A DNA stretch of 64,000 nt from Escherichia phage IME08, in the sequence record NC_014260.1; one strand, given 5' to 3'. Below are positions 10,910-19,862 of the stretch, piece after piece. The position numbers and the translations under genes were made by a program. Within the stretch, counting starts at the first letter, position 1, and each line of letters starts with the position of its first letter. Below the pieces are notes generated by a model that had not been told where the DNA came from, did no database searches, and saw nothing but the letters and a program-made list of their open reading frames with translations.

Positions 10910-12193
10910 ATGAAAAAGATTAATGCATTAATACAAGAATCAACTTTGACGGCGGCCAACCAGGTCGCCCGTCCTAATCTTCTTTCATATACCCAGGCAA
11001 CTAATAAAAGAATTTTTAAAGCCCTTGTTGCTGAACAAAAAACTACTCAACCTGTTGCAGCATTATATGGTGTCCGTGTTTTAAACCCAGACGATAAAAT
11101 GACTTATCTCGGCGGAGCCACTTTTGCAGGCGAAATTGGTATGTTCGAACGTAAAAACATTCCTGAATTCACCGATAAAGACGAAGCATATGCTGTTGGT
11201 GATATGTTCCAATTCGAAAGTGTGGTTTTCAAGGTATTAGAAGCTTCTCCGTTTGCAGGAACAACTGAAACCGATTTGGGCGAAGTTATTTCAGAAGCTA
11301 TTGCCGCAGGCCATATTCGTATGATGTCTGATGCAGCCTTTACCAATAAATTTGAAAAAGGCCATCCTGAGATTGCTGAAGCAGGATTCCGTATTGATAA
11401 GTGGCAGACTGAAGTTAAATCGCGTAAACTTAAAACTTCTTTGACTGTAGAACTGGCCCAGGATTTAGAATCCAACGGGTTTAATGCACCAGACTTTATA
11501 GACAATATTTTGGCTATTCAAATGGCCGAAGAAATTAATAAAGACGTATTACAGTCCTTAATTACGGTAAGTTCTCGTTTTAAAGTCCAAGGAGTTTCCG
11601 AGAAAGGCGTCTTGAACTTAACAGACCCACAATATGATAACGCCCAAGACCGAGCGCGTACCTTGTATTACTATATGTGTGAAATGAATTCTGCTGTTCA
11701 ACGCCAGACTTCGTTTGCAGGTACTTATGCAGTAGCTTCTTCTCGTTGCGCCGCTATTTTAGCTGCATCCGGTTGGGTTGAGAAAAAAGAAGACCAAGAC
11801 GAATTAGCTTATGGCATATTAAAGAACGGTCTACCACTTTATGCTGATATGAATAGTCCGTGTGATTATGTTATTGTCGGTGTAAATGCTCAGATGGGTG
11901 AAGGGCAGACGGTCGCATCTTTGTATTATGCGCCTTATACGGAAGGGCTCGAAGAAGTTGATGATGAAGGTGATACTTCAGTAGGTGAATTCAAGGTTAT
12001 TGTAGACCCAGATTCATTGCAACCTACCATATCTTTATTGGCTCGGTATGCATTGACTGCGAATCCTTATACCGTCGCTAAAGACGACAAAGAAGCTCGT
12101 ATTATTGACGGTGCGGATATGGACAAAATGGCTAATCAAAGTCAATTGAGTTCTTATCTTGGTGTTAAACTTCCTCCACTTGAAAAAAGCTAA
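10910..12193 (+). CDS. gp24 paralog (second vertex-protein-like gene, diverged)
   Basis: 427 aa colinear with gp24 along full length but substantially diverged; start ATG directly follows gp24 stop. Confidence 0.9.
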   Translation: MKKINALIQESTLTAANQVARPNLLSYTQATNKRIFKALVAEQKTTQPVAALYGVRVLNPDDKMTYLGGATFAGEIGMFERKNIPEFTDKDEAYAVGDMFQFESVVFKVLEASPFAGTTETDLGEVISEAIAAGHIRMMSDAAFTNKFEKGHPEIAEAGFRIDKWQTEVKSRKLKTSLTVELAQDLESNGFNAPDFIDNILAIQMAEEINKDVLQSLITVSSRFKVQGVSEKGVLNLTDPQYDNAQDRARTLYYYMCEMNSAVQRQTSFAGTYAVASSRCAAILAASGWVEKKEDQDELAYGILKNGLPLYADMNSPCDYVIVGVNAQMGEGQTVASLYYAPYTEGLEEVDDEGDTSVGEFKVIVDPDSLQPTISLLARYALTANPYTVAKDDKEARIIDGADMDKMANQSQLSSYLGVKLPPLEKS

Positions 12194-12205
12194 TAGGAGA
12201 AATAT

Positions 12206-12412
12206 ATGGTAGATGAAACCCTGTTTGGTCATGACGGAAGAGGCAACTTTAGTGGCAAATCCTTAATTCAGCCAGAAGAGTCTATTATAATTCCGTTTTC
12301 GAACATCAGAATTTCTACAGAAAAGATAAAGTTAAATGAAGTTGAAGTTAACAATTTAGCAAAAAGTATTTTAGAATCAACAACCCAAGAAGAGGTTCAT
12401 AGTGTGTTTTAG
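12206..12412 (+). CDS. Small ORF A (68 aa) with N-terminal LFGHDGRG motif; probable N-terminal segment of the collagen-like protein
   Basis: ATG with AGGAG RBS; ends at TAG 12410-12412 three codons after the collagen-like frame opens. Confidence 0.5.
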   Translation: MVDETLFGHDGRGNFSGKSLIQPEESIIIPFSNIRISTEKIKLNEVEVNNLAKSILESTTQEEVHSVF

Positions 12413-13602
12413 GAATAAACAATTCCCAGATAGAGCCAATAGAGGGTCCGCCGGGCCCTCAAGGAGACCCGGGCCCACAAGGTATTCAAGGCCCGCCCGG
12501 CCCTCAAGGAGACCAAGGTCCACAAGGTATTCAAGGCCTTAAAGGAGATAAAGGAGATACAGGTCCACAAGGTATTCAGGGCCTACAAGGACCCAAAGGA
12601 CCTAAAGGAGACCAGGGTCCACAAGGCATTCAAGGGCCTATAGGTCCTATAGGTCCCGCAGGGCTAATATGGAAAGGAGAATGGGATGTAGATACACTTT
12701 ACTCTGTCGATGATGCTGTTGGATATGCAGGTGCATCATATTTTTGTATAGCCGAAAATACCGGTAATATACCCACAGAATCGCCGGAAAACTGGGCCTT
12801 ATTAGCATCGCAAGGAGCTAGAGGAGAATCAGGGGCCCAGGGCCTACAAGGACCCAAAGGGGATAAAGGAGATACGGGTCTTCAAGGTATTCAAGGACCC
12901 AAAGGGGATAAAGGAGATACAGGTCTTCAAGGACCTATAGGGCCTATAGGACCTAAAGGAGACCAGGGTCCTCAAGGTTCTAGAGGTATTCAAGGTATTC
13001 AAGGTCCCCAAGGAGACCAGGGCCCACAAGGTTCTAGAGGTATTCAAGGTATTCAAGGACCTCAAGGAGACCAAGGTCCGCAAGGCCTTCAAGGACCCCA
13101 AGGAGATAAAGGAGAGGATGGATTCGGAATTGATTCTAAAATAAGTGGGGTATATAAAATTCCTGCATCCGGAACCAAAGGACAATTTTATATAAACTTA
13201 CCTGGGGCAGGTGGTCTTAGATTGATTGTATCAACGGCTGGGACAGGTAATGCTGTTAAAATAGGATACGGAGGTAACTCTAGCACTGTTCAAAGAACAT
13301 TTACTATAGGATATAATTTAACAGCTAATTATACCGATTTGGCAAAAATAAAAACCGGTAGGATAAATTATACAGGGTATACTTCGGTTTCATATAGTAG
13401 CGATACAACGGCTCTAGTCGGATATGGGGATATGTATACAGCAATAGCCTCTAATAAAGATACTTTAGATTCATGGCATATAGTAATATCAGGCGTAGTG
13501 GCAAAATCATCTGCTTCGGCCACTGATGGAAGATTACTTATATCTGTAACTAAAGTTTTTGATTCCGAAACTCAACAGATTCAAACAGGTGAAATATATT
13601 AA
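12403..13602 (+). CDS. Collagen-like fibre protein (two Gly-X-Y blocks, CBM5/12-like linker, C-terminal globular domain); no canonical start codon
   Basis: Continuous open frame of about 400 codons; 24 and 34 Gly-X-Y triplets; first ATG/GTG/TTG in frame is TTG at 13222. Confidence 0.75.
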   Translation, partial: CVLGINNSQIEPIEGPPGPQGDPGPQGIQGPPGPQGDQGPQGIQGLKGDKGDTGPQGIQGLQGPKGPKGDQGPQGIQGPIGPIGPAGLIWKGEWDVDTLYSVDDAVGYAGASYFCIAENTGNIPTESPENWALLASQGARGESGAQGLQGPKGDKGDTGLQGIQGPKGDKGDTGLQGPIGPIGPKGDQGPQGSRGIQGIQGPQGDQGPQGSRGIQGIQGPQGDQGPQGLQGPQGDKGEDGFGIDSKISGVYKIPASGTKGQFYINLPGAGGLRLIVSTAGTGNAVKIGYGGNSSTVQRTFTIGYNLTANYTDLAKIKTGRINYTGYTSVSYSSDTTALVGYGDMYTAIASNKDTLDSWHIVISGVVAKSSASATDGRLLISVTKVFDSETQQIQTGEIY

Positions 13603-13608
13603 AACATA

Positions 13609-13626
13609 AAGGGCCGCAAGGCCCTT
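13609..13626. terminator. Bidirectional hairpin terminator between collagen-like gene and rnlB
   Basis: AAGGGCC-GCAA-GGCCCTT perfect stem between convergent genes. Confidence 0.6.
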
Positions 13627-13631
13627 ATCAT

Positions 13632-14639
13632 TTATTTGGATACTAGTTCAATCCAAACATGTCTTAATGTTTCTTTTACACACTCAATGAGCTGCTTTTT
13701 AACTTCAACAGGATTTTCAGCGTCAGTTAATTCTAATTCTTCACGGGCAGCTTCTTCAAGGATATCTTGGACCGTCAAGCCCATTACCTTTCCAAAATCC
13801 TTTTTGGAAACTTCGCCAATCTTACTGATAACATTGTTAATACGGTTAACAGTCACATAATCAGTGAATTGCCACATCAAATCCATATCGTCTTGGGATA
13901 AAACTACCGCAGCCTTAATAGGCTTATCAGACTTTTTCTTCTCGCTGAATTTAGAGTTCTTACATTTAATCGCTACACGATTTCCGTTTGGAAGCCAGGT
14001 AGGAATATCAGGTTTAAGTACAAAGCCTTCAGCCGTGAATACTTTACCTTCTACCTTAGGAATAAAGTCTGTAGAGTTTGCAATAGTTAGGCCGGCGTTA
14101 TCCACCGCAAAATTATAATCAGGAATAACTGAATCAAAGTCATTAGGTAATTTAATAAGGTCTTCAAAGCTACCTGTAGCCAGACATGGGGCTACCTTAA
14201 ACTTATGGATAATACAGAAGGCTTCCATCAATGTATCGGTTAGAACAGATTCTGAACCGTCTTCCTTAGTAACTCGGATATCGAACACATAAAAGTCTTT
14301 ATCACCGTAGTCCACATTCTTCTGGATACCTGGTCCAGCGAATTCGCCATAAATCTGGTACGACTGATAATTAATCGATTCAATTAGATGTTGAACAGAT
14401 TTAATAGAATCAGCATAGTTCTTAAGTACAATTTCATAACCATAGAAATCTTCAGCAGGGAGGATAGGGCCAGTGCGCTTGGCGCATGTGACTGCGTCAC
14501 GTTCTATGATTAAACTAAAGTTGGTCCCGTGAATCTTCTCACGTGCAACCCATTCACCACCAGTCAAACCGTTGATACGGAGTTTTTCGATAAACTTACT
14601 GTTGTAGTGGTTTTCGAGACTGCTATATTTCTTGAACAT
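13632..14639 (-). CDS. rnlB: RNA ligase 2 (RnlB, gp24.1)
   Basis: 335 aa; matches recalled T4 Rnl2 N-terminus [16 protein letters not shown] and KIHGTN nucleotidyltransferase motif. Confidence 0.93.
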   Translation of the reverse strand: MFKKYSSLENHYNSKFIEKLRINGLTGGEWVAREKIHGTNFSLIIERDAVTCAKRTGPILPAEDFYGYEIVLKNYADSIKSVQHLIESINYQSYQIYGEFAGPGIQKNVDYGDKDFYVFDIRVTKEDGSESVLTDTLMEAFCIIHKFKVAPCLATGSFEDLIKLPNDFDSVIPDYNFAVDNAGLTIANSTDFIPKVEGKVFTAEGFVLKPDIPTWLPNGNRVAIKCKNSKFSEKKKSDKPIKAAVVLSQDDMDLMWQFTDYVTVNRINNVISKIGEVSKKDFGKVMGLTVQDILEEAAREELELTDAENPVEVKKQLIECVKETLRHVWIELVSK

Positions 14640-14753
14640 AAATCACCATAATAAATATAATTAAATAGAAGAGCTAGTATTCTTCTGTCACCAAGCCAAA
14701 TGGTTTAACGGAAGGACCTAGACCCATTATAACACATCTAAATTTAAAGCATA

Positions 14754-14963
14754 TTACTTTGAACTAGAACGCGCTTTGCGCCGAACCTTGTTGTTCAATC
14801 TTTTACGATAGACAATCTTTTCTTTCGCTTTAAATTTGGCCTTAGCATTCTCAACTTCGGTCCAAGCTTTAGCCATATCTCTGGCGGTTCCGCCAATCTT
14901 TTTAGCAATATCAATAAAATTCATACCCGATTCATGTAAAAAATGTACTTTAATCTTATCCAT
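14754..14963 (-). CDS. Small basic protein (24.2/24.3-like), possible DNA-binding
   Basis: 69 aa ORF preceded by early promoter; lysine/arginine-rich C-terminus. Confidence 0.5.
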   Translation of the reverse strand: MDKIKVHFLHESGMNFIDIAKKIGGTARDMAKAWTEVENAKAKFKAKEKIVYRKRLNNKVRRKARSSSK

Positions 14964-14991
14964 AACAATTCTCTTGTGATTTGACTATTCA

Positions 14992-15021
14992 ATAATAACA
15001 TGAGAATTTTAACTTGTAAAC
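14992..15021 (-). promoter_or_regulatory. Early promoter GTTTAC-N18-TATTAT
   Basis: Minus strand GTTTACAAGTTAAAATTCTCATGTTATTAT. Confidence 0.5.
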
Positions 15022-15031
15022 AGGAGATTTT

Positions 15032-15106
15032 ATGCCAGACAATCCATTATACGGGCATGACGGTAGAGGTGTATCATTAGAACTCACTAGTGAAAGCACC
15101 TTTTAA
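15032..15106 (+). CDS. Mini-ORF B (24 aa) sharing the LYGHDGRG N-terminal motif with ORF A
   Basis: ATG with CAGGAGA RBS; MPDNPLYGHDGRG...; two in-frame stops before the Hoc-like ATG. Confidence 0.35.
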   Translation: MPDNPLYGHDGRGVSLELTSESTF

Positions 15107-15115
15107 GGAGGTTAA

Positions 15116-15982
15116 ATGATTGCACTTAAAATAAATGGTCCTAGATATGAATTGGTTGGTAAGACTGTAACGTTGTATACCGCATTTGTATTACCAGCAG
15201 GTTTGACTCTAGATGATATAGAAATTAATTGGTATAAAAATAATGTCCATGTCCCACAACTTCCTATTGAAGACCCTTTTGAATTGAATTTATGGGATGT
15301 TGGATATCCGGCGGCAGGAACATTTTATGCAACTATAACAAACAAGAAAAGTGGTGAAATAACAAAGAGTAATGAAATAGAACTTGAAATAGGTGTCATT
15401 CCAAGAAGAGTAATCCTGGATATAAGCTCTAGGGAATTAATATATGCCGATATAGGAGAAACCGTTTCACTTCGCCCGTCGTGTAGAGTAGAACCTACTT
15501 ATGCCGTACGTGATTGTAGATGGTATAGAAATGGAGTAGAATTATCTAACGATGAAGATATTGATATAACAATAGATAGTTCTGATAAATTCGGTACATA
15601 CATGTTGAAATCTATAGCGACCTGCGAAGGAGCGTATATCCCTGCTTCTGAAGAACTTTTAGTTGAAATAAAACCTAGAGGGGGTGTATTGCAGTGCCCG
15701 TTCATATATGATAACGACCTTAATGCCTATTTACCATATGGCGGCGGAAGAAATGAATCTTATATGTGGATAGGTTGGTGGGTGTGGGACGAAATAAGAG
15801 AAGCCGTTAGATTAGGAGAAGATTGGACGTTGGATATAAACAACAGCCGTTACAAGTATAAATGTGAGTTACAAAAAGTAGCCGACCTTTTGTCTAAGTA
15901 TCATGAAGTAGAGATACAAGAATCTAGAAACGGATATATTCTGGGGCGTAAAGACTTGCTTTATGTTCCGCCTGTACCATAA
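15116..15982 (+). CDS. Hoc-like capsid decoration protein paralog (two Ig-like domains plus Hoc-type C-terminal capsid-binding domain)
   Basis: C-terminus ESYMWIGWWVWDEI...EVEIQESRNGYI parallels Hoc SAYIWCGWWVMDEI...EVDVQESRNGRI; AAGGAGG RBS. Confidence 0.85.
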   Translation: MIALKINGPRYELVGKTVTLYTAFVLPAGLTLDDIEINWYKNNVHVPQLPIEDPFELNLWDVGYPAAGTFYATITNKKSGEITKSNEIELEIGVIPRRVILDISSRELIYADIGETVSLRPSCRVEPTYAVRDCRWYRNGVELSNDEDIDITIDSSDKFGTYMLKSIATCEGAYIPASEELLVEIKPRGGVLQCPFIYDNDLNAYLPYGGGRNESYMWIGWWVWDEIREAVRLGEDWTLDINNSRYKYKCELQKVADLLSKYHEVEIQESRNGYILGRKDLLYVPPVP

Positions 15983-15990
15983 AAAAATAA

Positions 15991-16012
15991 AGGGACCCGA
16001 AGGTCCCTTTTT
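15991..16012. terminator. Bidirectional terminator between Hoc-like gene and hoc
   Basis: AGGGACC-CGAA-GGTCCCT hairpin with T-run on both strands. Confidence 0.65.
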
Positions 16013-16014
16013 AA

Positions 16015-17148
16015 TTAATAAACGTAATCGTAAATAATTCCAGCATCCAAAGCGGTTCTGTGAATAATTCTACCATTACGAGATTCCTGTACATCAACCT
16101 CCGGATAGTCAGTAATCATTTTTTGAAGAGTATAACGATGGAGATAGAAATCACTATCAGGGTCATCGGTTTTCCAGTCTTTGCCTTCAAGAGTCATTTT
16201 CTGGATTTCGTCCATAACCCACCAACCACACCAGATATAAGCTGAATTGCGAACTGGTAGCGGATGAACGTAAGGTAGTTCGCCCTCTGGAACTGGTGCG
16301 ACTTTAGCCGTGACTGTTACATTACCAGTTTTGGTAACAGTCGTAGGGTTATAATCGGCGGCCGAAACAACAGCAGAAACTTCAATAACCTGTGAACCTT
16401 CAGCGCTTGTGTCAATTACTAATGTATCTGTAGCACCCACAACAGGTGAACCGTCTTTCTTCCAAGAATAAGCAAAAGTGGCACCACTAGGCGCACCTGC
16501 TACGGTAGCTTTAAAAGAAGCCGGAGTTCCTTCAGGTACATTAATAGAGGCTGGCGTTAAATTAACAGAAACCCCAGACATTGTTTTCTTAACAAAAGAA
16601 ACCGTTACGCCTTTAGCAGCAGTTGCTGAACCGTATTCCGGAGAGGTAACAGTAACTTCACAATTCAAGGTATAATTTGCTTCGGCTGCTTCAGTTAGTG
16701 TAATAGTTTTAGAGGTTTGGCCTGAAATTACGGTGGTATTTCGTTTCCAAACATAATTAATTGTTGCACCAGCAGGAGCACCGGTTACATTAGCCGTAAC
16801 AACTTGGGATTGGCCGACTTCTTTAGAAACGGAAGTAGGGTCCAAAGCCAAAGAGATATCCATAGTTTTATTAGATACAGTAACTTCAAAGGTGTCTTCG
16901 GCTGTCTCAAGAGGACCCGCATCGCCAGGGTCAGAAGTTACTACTACTTTTATAACTTTCTTACCCGCAGGAGCAGCACCCGTATATCTCAAAACATTAG
17001 TGGTTTCTGGGTTAGCAGCTCCATCAACGGTCCATACATATGCAATGGTTCCACCTGTTACAACTGCGTCGGTTGCGGTAGCAGTGTAGTTAGCGCTTTC
17101 GCCTATTTTCATAGACGCTGCGCCGGCTATACTTACAGTAAAGGCCAT
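16015..17148 (-). CDS. hoc: Highly immunogenic outer capsid protein Hoc
   Basis: 377 aa; near-identical to recalled T4 Hoc C-terminal half (LPYVHPLP...YIWCGWWVMDEIQKMT). Confidence 0.92.
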   Translation of the reverse strand: MAFTVSIAGAASMKIGESANYTATATDAVVTGGTIAYVWTVDGAANPETTNVLRYTGAAPAGKKVIKVVVTSDPGDAGPLETAEDTFEVTVSNKTMDISLALDPTSVSKEVGQSQVVTANVTGAPAGATINYVWKRNTTVISGQTSKTITLTEAAEANYTLNCEVTVTSPEYGSATAAKGVTVSFVKKTMSGVSVNLTPASINVPEGTPASFKATVAGAPSGATFAYSWKKDGSPVVGATDTLVIDTSAEGSQVIEVSAVVSAADYNPTTVTKTGNVTVTAKVAPVPEGELPYVHPLPVRNSAYIWCGWWVMDEIQKMTLEGKDWKTDDPDSDFYLHRYTLQKMITDYPEVDVQESRNGRIIHRTALDAGIIYDYVY

Positions 17149-17157
17149 AGTTTACCC

Positions 17158-17835
17158 TTATTTTAAAGTGACAAAAGATGAATTACGCGTTTCACGTACT
17201 AATACTGAGCCATTACGATTGATGTAATAAATCAGACTGAATAATGTTTGGTGGGCTGAAGGATGTTGGAAATCTTTAGGACGTTCTTTCCAATCAGGGG
17301 TTTCAGAAATCCATTGATAAATCCACCAAGGAACAGTACAGTAACCTGGGTTTTTACCAATAAGCAAAAGATTGGGACTAAAGTTTTCAGGGAGTTCAAA
17401 TTTAGGTTTTTCTGATTCTTTAACCAAGGTTATAGCTTGATTGAATTTCTCTTCGACAAACGGAACAACTTCTTCAATAATCTCGACCTTAGGAAGTTCG
17501 ACTACCTCAACGACTTCAACTACAGCCTCAGGGGCATCGAACAACAGGGTTGCTTCTTCTTTAGCAGGTTCGGCTCCATCAATAAATTCATTAGAACCTG
17601 TAAGTTCGTCAGCAGCATCAATCAAATCAGAAATGGACAAACCTTCGGTTTCTGGAAGTGGTTCGTCGGCCAGGGCTTTAAGACCTTCAGTGATATCGAT
17701 AATCAAATTATCAAACGAACGGGTTTTCTTAAGTTTTAAACCGAACTGTTCGCCGTATTCGATTAACTTAGCTTTAGCTTCTTTTTTATCTTCGAGTGCA
17801 CGAAGCTCTTCAATATATTGGCGGTCCATAATCAT
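17158..17835 (-). CDS. inh: Inh-like protein (inhibitor of prohead protease), acidic
   Basis: 225 aa between hoc and uvsW as in T4; assignment by position and size only. Confidence 0.55.
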   Translation of the reverse strand: MIMDRQYIEELRALEDKKEAKAKLIEYGEQFGLKLKKTRSFDNLIIDITEGLKALADEPLPETEGLSISDLIDAADELTGSNEFIDGAEPAKEEATLLFDAPEAVVEVVEVVELPKVEIIEEVVPFVEEKFNQAITLVKESEKPKFELPENFSPNLLLIGKNPGYCTVPWWIYQWISETPDWKERPKDFQHPSAHQTLFSLIYYINRNGSVLVRETRNSSFVTLK

Positions 17836-17849
17836 TCTCTTTTCTAGTG

Positions 17850-17857
17850 TATAAATA
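17850..17857 (+). promoter_or_regulatory. Late promoter TATAAATA (plus strand, toward uvsW)
   Basis: Exact TATAAATA in inh-uvsW divergent intergenic region. Confidence 0.45.
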
Positions 17858-17863
17858 TAACTA

Positions 17864-17871
17864 TATTTATA
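17864..17871 (-). promoter_or_regulatory. Late promoter TATAAATA (minus strand, toward inh/hoc)
   Basis: Reverse complement of TATTTATA. Confidence 0.45.
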
Positions 17872-17885
17872 ACTGAGAATTACTT

Positions 17886-19382
17886 ATGCAAATTCAAGTA
17901 CATTTCGATAATTTTAGTCATGTTCGTATTGAGTGTGATGAATCCACATTCTACGAACTCAGAGACTATTTTAGCTTTGAAGCTGATGGATATAAATTCA
18001 ACCCTAAATTTCGTTATGGTCAATGGGACGGACGTATTCGCCTTCTGGATTATAATCGTAAACTTCCTTATGGATTGGTTCCGCAGATTAAAAAATTCGC
18101 TGAACAATTTGAATACTCTCTGTGGATTGACCCACGTATTCTTGAACAGGAAGATATTTCTCGTGAAGATTTTGACTCATGGGTGGCATCTCAAGAAATT
18201 TATTCAGGGTCTACCAAGATTGAGCCCCATTGGTATCAGAATGAAGCCGTATACAACGGTCTAACAAAACGTCGCGCAATTCTGAATTTACCTACATCTG
18301 CAGGTAAATCATTAATCCAGGCGCTCCTGAGTCGATACTACGTTGAGAACTATGAAGGTAAAATTCTTATCTTAGTTCCTACTACTGCACTCGTTGACCA
18401 GATGATTAATGACTTCATCGATTATCGGTTGTTCCCTAAAGCCGCAATGCTTGGAATTCGTTCAGGTACTGCTCGTGATTCTGATGCAATGATTTACGTT
18501 TCGACTTATCAAACTGCTATTAAGCAACCTAAAGAATGGTTTGCTCAGTTTGGTATGTTTATGAACGATGAATGTCATTTGGCTACAGGTAAATCTATTT
18601 CTACCATCATCGAAGGCCTAACCAACTGTATGTTTAAATTCGGTTTGTCTGGTTCTTTAAAAGATGGTAAAGCTAATTTAATGCAATATATGGGTTTGTT
18701 TGGTGATGTGTTTAAACCTGTTTCCACCTCCCAATTGATGGAAGAAGGACAGGTTACAGACCTTAAAATCAACAGTATTTTCCTTCGATACCCAGACGAA
18801 TTCACTGTTAAGATGAAAGGTAAAGATTACCAATCAGAAATTAAAGTCATTACTAAGGCTACTCGTCGTAATAAATGGGTTGCTAATTTAGCTGTTAAAC
18901 TCGCTAAGAAAGAAGAGAACGTATTCCTGATGTTTAAAAACATCGAACACGGTAAAACTCTTTTTGAAATGGTTAAAGAGCAACATAAAGAAGTTTATTA
19001 CGTATCAGGTGAAGTTAATACCGAAACGCGTAATGCTCTGAAAGTAATGGCGGAAAATGGTAAGGGTATTATTGTTGTGGCAAGTTATGGTGTGTTCTCT
19101 ACTGGTATTTCTGTTAAGAACCTTCATCACGTTGTATTTGCTCACCCAGTAAAATCCAAAATCATTGTACTCCAGACAATTGGTCGTGTACTCCGTAAAC
19201 ATGCTTCCAAATCAACAGCGCAAGTATGGGATATCATCGACGACATGGGTGTTAAGCCTAAATCAGCTACGGCTAAAAAGAAATATGTTCATTTGAACTA
19301 CGCCCTCAAACACGCTTTAGAACGTATTCAACGTTATGCTGATGAGAAATTTAATTACGTAATGAAACAGGTGGATTTATGA
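17886..19382 (+). CDS. uvsW: UvsW helicase
   Basis: 498 aa; matches recalled T4 UvsW N-terminus and helicase motif NLPTSAGKS. Confidence 0.93.
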   Translation: MQIQVHFDNFSHVRIECDESTFYELRDYFSFEADGYKFNPKFRYGQWDGRIRLLDYNRKLPYGLVPQIKKFAEQFEYSLWIDPRILEQEDISREDFDSWVASQEIYSGSTKIEPHWYQNEAVYNGLTKRRAILNLPTSAGKSLIQALLSRYYVENYEGKILILVPTTALVDQMINDFIDYRLFPKAAMLGIRSGTARDSDAMIYVSTYQTAIKQPKEWFAQFGMFMNDECHLATGKSISTIIEGLTNCMFKFGLSGSLKDGKANLMQYMGLFGDVFKPVSTSQLMEEGQVTDLKINSIFLRYPDEFTVKMKGKDYQSEIKVITKATRRNKWVANLAVKLAKKEENVFLMFKNIEHGKTLFEMVKEQHKEVYYVSGEVNTETRNALKVMAENGKGIIVVASYGVFSTGISVKNLHHVVFAHPVKSKIIVLQTIGRVLRKHASKSTAQVWDIIDDMGVKPKSATAKKKYVHLNYALKHALERIQRYADEKFNYVMKQVDL

Positions 19383-19606
19383 AAACCTTTAAAGAAGTTA
19401 TTCAGGAAGCATCTATTGAAAGCTTCATGTCTAAAATTAGTTCGTGTCAGACCATGGAAGGTCTGGAGGAATTAGAGAAGTATTACAAAACTCGTAGTAA
19501 GGAAGCCGAACTTCGTGATTCGGATGATATCAGCGTACGCGATGCATTGGCTGGTAAGAGAGCTGAATTGGAGTCGATGGACGACGAGGAAGAGGAAGAT
19601 TTCTAA
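19379..19606 (+). CDS. uvsW.1: UvsW.1 small acidic protein
   Basis: 75 aa, ATGA overlap with uvsW stop. Confidence 0.7.
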   Translation: MKTFKEVIQEASIESFMSKISSCQTMEGLEELEKYYKTRSKEAELRDSDDISVRDALAGKRAELESMDDEEEEDF

Positions 19607-19666
19607 ACAAAAAAGGCCCAACCTTTCGGAAGGGCCAATAACCATAAAATGGCTATACACACTAGA

Positions 19667-19834
19667 CTAAATTAATAATTGGGTTTCGTTCAGCTGTTCT
19701 TCAGTGTTTTCCGTAACCGGCAAGCTTTGAACGTAATTATAGCATGGACCCGGGTGAACCGGACCTTTTTCTGTTTCAACAACCAATGCAGCATCGATTG
19801 GAGTTTTACAGACAACGCAAATCTTATCTGACAT
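19667..19834 (-). CDS. Small Cys-containing protein (about 55 aa), not in ORF track
   Basis: Own translation MSDKICVVCKTPID...; below 60 aa cutoff; position corresponds to uvsY.-2 region. Confidence 0.4.
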   Translation of the reverse strand: MSDKICVVCKTPIDAALVVETEKGPVHPGPCYNYVQSLPVTENTEEQLNETQLLI

Positions 19835-19862
19835 GATTGTCTCCTTAGTTTAACTTACATAT

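Noticed and set aside
12403-12412. Canonical -1 programmed frameshift at the ORF A/collagen junction
   Set aside because: No X-XXY-YYZ slippery heptamer; re-pairing of tRNA-Phe after a -1 slip would be on GUU; a homopolymer indel or atypical recoding is more likely, so reported only as a possibility
12445-13116. Periodic repeat region that could be mistaken for a CRISPR array or tandem DNA repeat
   Set aside because: Periodicity is 9 nt Gly-X-Y coding repeats in an open reading frame; no spacer/repeat architecture
12844-13185. 113-aa minus-strand ORF inside the collagen repeat region
   Set aside because: Artefact of the repetitive GGN-rich sequence read in reverse; no RBS
13222-13602. ORF-track call of a separate 126-aa TTG-initiated gene
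   Set aside because: It is the 3' end of the continuous collagen-like open frame starting at 12403; the TTG is just the first canonical start codon in that frame
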